Source of the DNA: Chiloscyllium plagiosum
Taxonomy: Eukaryota
NCBI RefSeq assembly: GCF_004010195.1
Contig: NC_057753.1
Location: forward strand, 7,946,520-7,988,549
Direction: 5' to 3'
Length of the DNA: 42,030 bases
The translations under genes were made by a program, and so were the position numbers. The stretch's first letter is position 1, and each line of letters opens with the position of its first letter. Below, piece by piece: positions 37,563-42,030 of the stretch. The notes under the pieces are model-generated. The model worked only from the letters and a program-made list of their open reading frames with translations. It did not search any database and was not told the origin of the DNA.

Positions 37563-37965
37563 TCTAACATCTATGGTTTGTTGCCCTGTGTCTATCCATT
37601 CATGGTCCGTTGGATGACAGAGTAAAGAGTTTTGATGCAAAATGTCCCGGTTGTATTTACGGAGTCTGTTTTGGGCATCTTTAATAATTTCTCTAAGCAT
37701 TCTGCGTACATTTTGCTCTGCTATTCTTATGTCTATTTCATTGACTTAGATCCCTTTATGTAACCATACTTCCCAAGCTCTCCGTATTTAAATAATATTC
37801 TTCTTCTCTATTTTTAACAAACAAGTTATAACTTCACATTTAGCACCGTCCGCTGCATCTGTCATTTGTTTTTTTTCTCATTCAATTTCTCTAACTTAGG
37901 TAGAAATGTCAAATATTGGTTCTGATATTTTCGAGAGAAACGTATCGATTAAAACAGTAGGACGA

Positions 37966-38208
37966 AACACAGAGTGAATTGCAGATGATTGAAATCAGAA
38001 ACTCAAATTGAATTTTCTGTACAAAAGTAACCCTCGGAAGGGTTATTCAGGCTGCATCTGGTGAGAGGAGGGAAAGTGAATGCTTGCAGTCCAGGGAGCT
38101 TTCAGTGACCAATCAGTCTTGAAGAAGGGCCTTCCTGGAAGCGCAATGATAACTTTGCTTTCCCTCCACAGACGCTGCCAGAAATGTTGATTTTTTTTCC
38201 AGAAATGC
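37966..38208. mobile_element. Very old Penelope-derived hairpin remnant
   Basis: TGCAGATGATTGAAATCAGA head, GCTGCATCTG / CAGACGCTGCC inverted remnants, TTGAAGAAGGGC core. Confidence 0.45.
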
Positions 38209-39089
38209 GTGCTTTGAATGTGTAAAAATAGTGATACTGGTATCCCGGATTAAGATGATGAAACGTCAAACAAAGCATTACACATAAAGTGGATTTTGAA
38301 ATACCCAAATAAAACTACCAAGGAAGAACGAGAAATGCATTTGAAATAATTTTAAAAATTCTATATTGTTGACGATTTCTGAGTGTTTAATCAAGACGAG
38401 AGCCACCGTTATGTGATTCATACAAATAGAAGTTCTGCAATAAAAAGGAAACATGTCGCAAATATGCTTCACACTCAAACAACATCCACCCCGTCTCATT
38501 ATGTTCTGTAAAATAAAGCACGACATGAGAAGATTAAATGTGAATGTAAAACAGAACGTAGGCTGCAGGGGATCATACGCACACATGTAACCTAACGACT
38601 ATATGAAAAGTACACTGTTAAACTTGCCCATACGAAATGTAAATATGCATTTTACAGTTTATTGAGCATAGTCAGCAATCAAATGGTTCTTCTTTGCTTT
38701 GCAAATGAAAAGACAACTCTCACTGGGTAAATACAGCTGCATGTAGTTATGGATATAAGTCTAAAATTTACCTCTGGCAGTAAAAGAATCAATAATACTA
38801 TGCATTAAGAAACATACTCGAAAGACGTATGATCACTCCTCGATAGGACAAGAATCAGTGGGGCACATAATGTACAATGACATGAGAAGGACCGCGTCAT
38901 AGCGTGTTTTCGTCAAAAAGAAAACCTTCTTTGCATGATACTGATGATGCAGCATTAGTAGCGCTTTGGAAATTCTCGTCAGCCTGACAATAAGACTAAA
39001 TTCTTGAAGTACTCATCATCGTGAGGAGGAGGCAAATCGATACTTGTCTGTTAGGAAGAAAATGCAGAATTCTGAGTACGTTTTCGTGA

Positions 39090-39415
39090 AGGAATGGCCA
39101 ACAGATTCCATGTTAGTGTGACGTGTGGTGTTCATATGCATCTGCTTTTCTTGTCTTTTTAGAAAGCTTGAGATTTTGGAGAAGATTTAAATTCCTTTAA
39201 ATTCATCAGGACCTGTTTCAACGTGGTGGCATGTTTGTGGCTACCATGATGCCTAGTTTCTGGAATAGTCTTTTTTTCATCTCCGAATTGTCATTGATGT
39301 ATGGCAGGATGGCTAGTGTCTCTGGGTGTGTTGTGTCTTCTTATTTATGTCTATTGTGCAGTAATGGGAGAACTGCACTTATCAGTAACCCGTTGTTCCT
39401 TGACTTTAGGAGGTA
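39090..39415 (-). mobile_element. Old Penelope-like fragment
   Basis: Minus strand reads KEQRVT (NGY region) and ETLAILPYINDNSEM..RLFQKLGIMVA, homologous to 33900-34060. Confidence 0.65.
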
Positions 39416-40554
39416 GATTTCCAGTTAAGAAGAAGCTGGCGGGAGAAAACTCATGATTTGTTGCTAAGCGCCTTGTGGAATGTAAACATATCTTCCACGG
39501 TTCATTATTGTAGAAGACAGGAAATGTCAAATTTGGTAAATGCGGTGCAAAGCATACTTCCACGGATCAAAATCATTTCACGAATTCAACAGTGTGAACA
39601 TTATCTCGTGATCACATATCGATTATTCATGGAACATAACAGTGTGAATAAAGAAGTTACATTTACACAACGTTTCATCCCAATTTAGAGATGTAGTGTA
39701 TTTTTTGACGGTTCTGCAGAACTCCACGCTTTGGGAGACCTAGAATATTGAACCAGTCTCTATCTTGAGGAAACAACACTTTGGCAAATCACAGTTTTTA
39801 GAATGAGAAATGGGCAGTAATATTTGCAACATATCTGTGTCAGAAAACAACTATTTGCACGAAAAGAGGATCTAATCATCTATTGATGTTCACTATCATT
39901 TCCATGATATGATTGAAAAATGATGTAAGAGACAAGGAATTATGCAGAAAATAACTCACTTCCTCTCTCCCTCATATCTTGCCAACAGCCCCAAGGTTGA
40001 ATTCACGAGTGGGATAGAATAACCTTCACTTACCTGAAATATACAATTGGAGCAATATGTACCCTTAATTAAAAATAAAGTAGTGACTGGCTAAATCTAA
40101 TTCTATAGCATCTTTCAAGCTCCCGACTTTTAACAAGAAGATGATGACTAAGGCCACAGTTGAAAATAAAAATTGGTTCATGCATGTTCTCCTACAGGAC
40201 ATCCACTGTACGGACTGGGAACGATAGTACTATTCCTTCACTGCCACCGCATGAGCCAATTTAGTCTCCTTTCTGAGAATATCCTTCCAAGCTTTCGGTC
40301 CTCCAACCACATATTTTCAGCAGCAGTTCCGTAGATCTTCTCAATCACAATTCAACCTGAGCATAAACAATGAGTGATGACCATATAACTAAAATGCACA
40401 GAATATCGATATGACTGTACTATATTCCTTACTCTTCATTTTTTGCATGTGGGCCTTGCTGACAGTATAGTATGTAATCCTGGTCCGTATTTGTCCCTCA
40501 GAAATTGATGGTGTGCTGTTTTCTAGAATTACTGCTGTAGTTTCACAAAAGGTG

Positions 40555-40878
40555 ACATGGAACATAGAACAATACAGCGCAGAACATGCCCTTCGGCCCT
40601 CGATGTTGCGCCAACCTGTAACTATTCTCAGCTCGCCCCCCTAAATTATCCCAAAATCATCCATGTGCTTAACTAAGGATTGTTTAAATCTCCCTAGTTG
40701 ACTACCTTAACAGGTAGGGTATTCCCACGACTTTACTACTCTCTGCGGAAAGAACATGCCTCTGACATCTGTCTTAAATCTGTCACCCCTCAATGTGTTG
40801 CTGTGCCCTCTCGTACAAGCTGACGTCATCATCCCACGAAAAAGACTTTGTCTGTCTATCCTACCTAATCATCTGATC
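40555..40878 (-). mobile_element. CR1 3' end fragment
   Basis: AACATAGAACAATACAGCGCAGAAC tail end and degenerate ORF2 C-terminus. Confidence 0.85.
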
Positions 40879-42030
40879 ACAGAACATAGAAGAATACAGC
40901 GCAGTACAGACCCTTTGGCCCTCGATATTGCGCCGATTCGAGCCCACCTAACCTACACTAGCACACTATCCTCCATATGCCTATCTAATGCCCGCTTAAA
41001 TGCCCATAAAGAGGGAGAGTCCACCACTGCTACTGGCAGGGCATTCCATGAACTCACGACTCGCTGAGTAAAGAACCTACCCCTAACATCTGTCCTATAC
41101 CTACCACCCCTTAATTTAAAGCTGTGCCCCCATCGTAATAGCTGACTCCATACGTGGAAAAAGGTTCTAACGGTCAACCCTATCTAAACCCCTAATCATC
41201 TTGTACACCTCTATCAAGTCATCCCTAAACCTACTTTTCTCCAATGAAAACAACCCCAAGTGCCTCAGCCGTTCCACATACGATCTTCTTACCATACCAG
41301 GCAACATCCTGGTAAACCTCCTCTGCACCCGTTCCAGTGCCTCCACATCTTTCCTATAGTGTGGCGACCAAAACTGCACACAATACTCCAGATGCGGCCG
41401 CACCAGAGTCTTATACAACTGCAACATGACCTCAGGACTCCGGAACTCAATTCCTCTCCCAATAAAAGCCAGTACGCCATATGCCTTCCCATATGCCTTT
41501 TTCACCGCACTATTTACCTGGGTGGCAACTTTCAAAGATCTGTGTACATGGACACTATTTTCCCTCTGCTTATCCACACTACCAAGTATCCGACCGTTAG
41601 CCCAGTACCCCATCTTTTTGTTACTCTTACCAAAGTGAATCACCTCACACTTAGCTACATTGAACTCCATTTGCCACCTTTCTGCCCAGATTTGCAGCTT
41701 ATCTATATCCCGCTGTAACCTGCCAAGTCCTTCCTCACTGTCTACAACTCCTCCAACTTTCGTATCATCCGCAAACTTGCTCACCCAACCTTCTAACCCC
41801 TCTTCCAGGTCATTTATAAAAATGACAAACAACAATGGTCCCAAAACAGATCCTTGCGGAACACCGCTAGTGACGGCACTCCATGAAGAAACTTTGCCAT
41901 CAACTACTACCCTCTGTCTTCTTCCATCCAGCCAATTCAAATCCAAACCTCCAACTCACCCTCAATGCCATATCTCCGTATTTTCTGCAGTAACCTACCA
42001 TGGGGAACCTTATCAAACGCCATACTAAAA
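40879..42030 (-). mobile_element. CR1 LINE (RT to 3' end), runs off the window
   Basis: SGVPQGSVLGP, KFADD and RPHLEYCVQFWSP; 12-nt duplication giving AYGKAYG; same family as 1-133 and 5006-5659. Confidence 0.95.

Larger units (their letters stand above)
34803..37680 (-). mobile_element. Penelope-like RT N-terminal fragment (34803-35507 and 37563-37680), split by a CR1
   Basis: Minus strand has MTVIL-like, NTYQ, RFYGLPNINKPGAPL and GLNYN motifs with stops and frameshifts. Confidence 0.8.

Noticed and set aside
40025..40110. Strong minus-strand donor (CAG|GTAAGT) as a fourth GPCR exon 1
   Set aside because: The upstream frame lacks the YYP...GIP pattern and I found no exon 2 remnant below it.
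1..42030. Inverted CR1 copies at both window ends as a composite element
   Set aside because: Independent insertions of an abundant family; a third copy lies at 5006.

Overview
Eukaryotic, AT-rich vertebrate genomic DNA, very probably an elasmobranch (shark): it carries HE1-type tRNA-derived SINEs, several CR1 LINE families and Penelope-like elements. The host content is a minus-strand cluster of GPR139/GPR142-like class A GPCR genes. Two are intact two-exon paralogues (7596-9129, 329 aa; 30164-31683, 328 aa; about 84% identical by manual alignment) and one is a more divergent pseudogene (14572-17107). The ORF track misses the 70-nt first exon of all three. The two intact genes lie in an old segmental duplication (about 143-11680 vs 20394-34800) whose copies acquired different transposon insertions. 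Both intact genes have, at identical spacing upstream of the ATG, a TATA-like box and an abutting EBF(O/E)-like plus homeodomain (CTAATTAG) site, the motif pair typical of olfactory receptor promoters. This suggests, by inference only, an expanded amino-acid-sensing chemoreceptor family. Other notable structures are Penelope-derived hairpins with hammerhead-ribozyme-like cores and 14-15 bp TSDs, a solo LTR, a near full-length CR1 with ORF1 in frame with ORF2, a SINE-in-CR1-in-Penelope nest, an end-joining-type scar, and one 532-nt assembly gap.
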